A stretch of 64,000 bases of DNA, from NCBI RefSeq assembly GCF_963853765.1, contig NC_088858.1:41602001-41666000 (forward strand), read 5' to 3'. The position numbers and the translations under genes were made by a program. The stretch comes from Magallana gigas. Lineage: Eukaryota. The notes under the pieces are model-generated. The model saw only the letters and a program-made list of their open reading frames with translations, did no database searches and was not told the origin of the DNA. Positions 62,789-64,000 of this stretch are shown in pieces; the stretch's first letter is position 1; every line of letters begins with the position of its first letter.

Positions 62789-62985
62789 CGGAATATATTG
62801 CTACTTTGCAGTCCGTAGGAACCATCAGAGAAAACATTTCAGTTTAAGTTTAACTTTCTTAAATCTCTTGATTGAGTTAACATAATGCGCGTAAAGATGC
62901 AGATAACATCGTCATTGAATTCTATAAAACATTTATTGATAACAAAAGACCCTCATTGATTTACCATTATGATAATAAGTGTAGA

Positions 62986-64000
62986 TTTAGCCTCACCTAT
63001 TGCAGTTGGTCTTCGTCCTCTTCATGTCCGTCCGTCGTGCATAAACAATTTTACAGTTTTAACTTCTTTTTGAAAACTAATAAGCCTAGTTGGTACCAAT
63101 TTTGTATGAAACATCGTTAGGATAAGAGGAATCTAAATCGCGAAATTTATGACCCTCAGGGCCTCATGGCCAGGACCAAATATGCAAAAAGATGGCCAGA
63201 TTTTAAAAATTCTTCTCTGTTCCTACATGTGGGGAAAACCAAATGCATGGTTACGAAGCCCTCTACCAAAATTGTAAAATTCATTAAACGAGCTAAGGGT
63301 TTAGATGCTAAAGCAGGGTCAATATGGCCATATACCGGCAGTGAACATGTATAGTCAGAGAAAGTCTTTACTTTCATGATTTTAGAAAAAAATGAATGCA
63401 TGGTTATGATGTTCGTCAGTGGCGTTGGAAGCAAATTGAAAGTTGGGGGGGGGGGGGGAGGGGTAGACTAATCCTCAGAAATCTTGACAAACCCAATTCC
63501 CAAAATCATGAAAATCCTAATCCGTGTGTGTGTGTGTGTGGGGGGGGGGGGGGAGGGGGGGGGGGGGAGTATACCTATACTTCCAAAAAATATTCTTACT
63601 AATTTTTCCCCCTATTCATTAATTTCTTATCGGGGGGGGGGGGGGGGCTAGGATACCTGTAACTCCAACTTCTCAATATTTCAATATGTTTTCAAGGTCC
63701 AATTTCAGATCAATTATGTCTACTGCGAGAAAAAGTGGGGGTGTTGAAGCCCCTATTATGCTATGTGCCTAATGGTTAGGTCTAACTTTGCAAAAAAAGT
63801 GGGGCGGTTCCGACGCCTATGTTCGTAAAACCCTCTACCTATATTGTGAAATGCATGACCTCTGGGTCAGCGGTTCAGGTCCTAGGGTGGGGACAATATA
63901 GCTATATTATGAAAATGTATTAAAACTTAGAAAATTATCTTCTACGCTTCCGTACACGTATAGTATTACATGTACATTTGAGAAAAACTAAGTGCATGAT
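62986..64000. mobile_element. Helentron/HINE-like element with tandem units, running off the window end
   Basis: 5' TTTAGCCTCACCT, a CGTCCGTCGTGC microsatellite seed, and repeated ACCCTCTACC..ATTGT(A/G)AAAT and ATGCATGGTTA modules. Confidence 0.65.
63417..63818. mobile_element. hAT-like G-tract MITE nested in the Helentron
   Basis: CAGTGGCGTTGGAA ... TTCCGACGCCT termini. ATGTTCGT is duplicated at 63409-63416 and 63819-63826. Internal poly-G and (TG)n. Confidence 0.75.

Overview
AT-rich, intron-containing animal genomic DNA, most likely a bivalve (oyster, Crassostrea/Magallana-like; inferred from the HSP90 sequence and the repeat families, not proven). Seven genes were reconstructed by hand from GT-AG splice sites with frame-consistent exon sums: SDE2 (+, first exon unresolved), a divergent PRDX5 (+), KLHDC1/2 (+), ADPGK (+), WDR20/DMWD (+, alternative 3' exons), an unnamed zf-MYND/ubiquitin-like/UBA protein (-) and cytosolic HSP90 (+, with heat-shock elements upstream and in intron 1). 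Introns and intergenic DNA are dense in non-autonomous DNA transposons, many with intact terminal inverted repeats (TIRs) and target-site duplications (TSDs). They include fold-back palindromes, Helentron/HINE-like elements with tandem repeats, a decayed transposase, a SINE and a LINE 3' end. No CRISPR array, rRNA or true tRNA gene was found. The strongest candidates for novelty are the MYND-UBL-UBA gene divergent from HSP90 and the PRDX5 paralogue with an altered active-site motif and a C-terminal CxxC.
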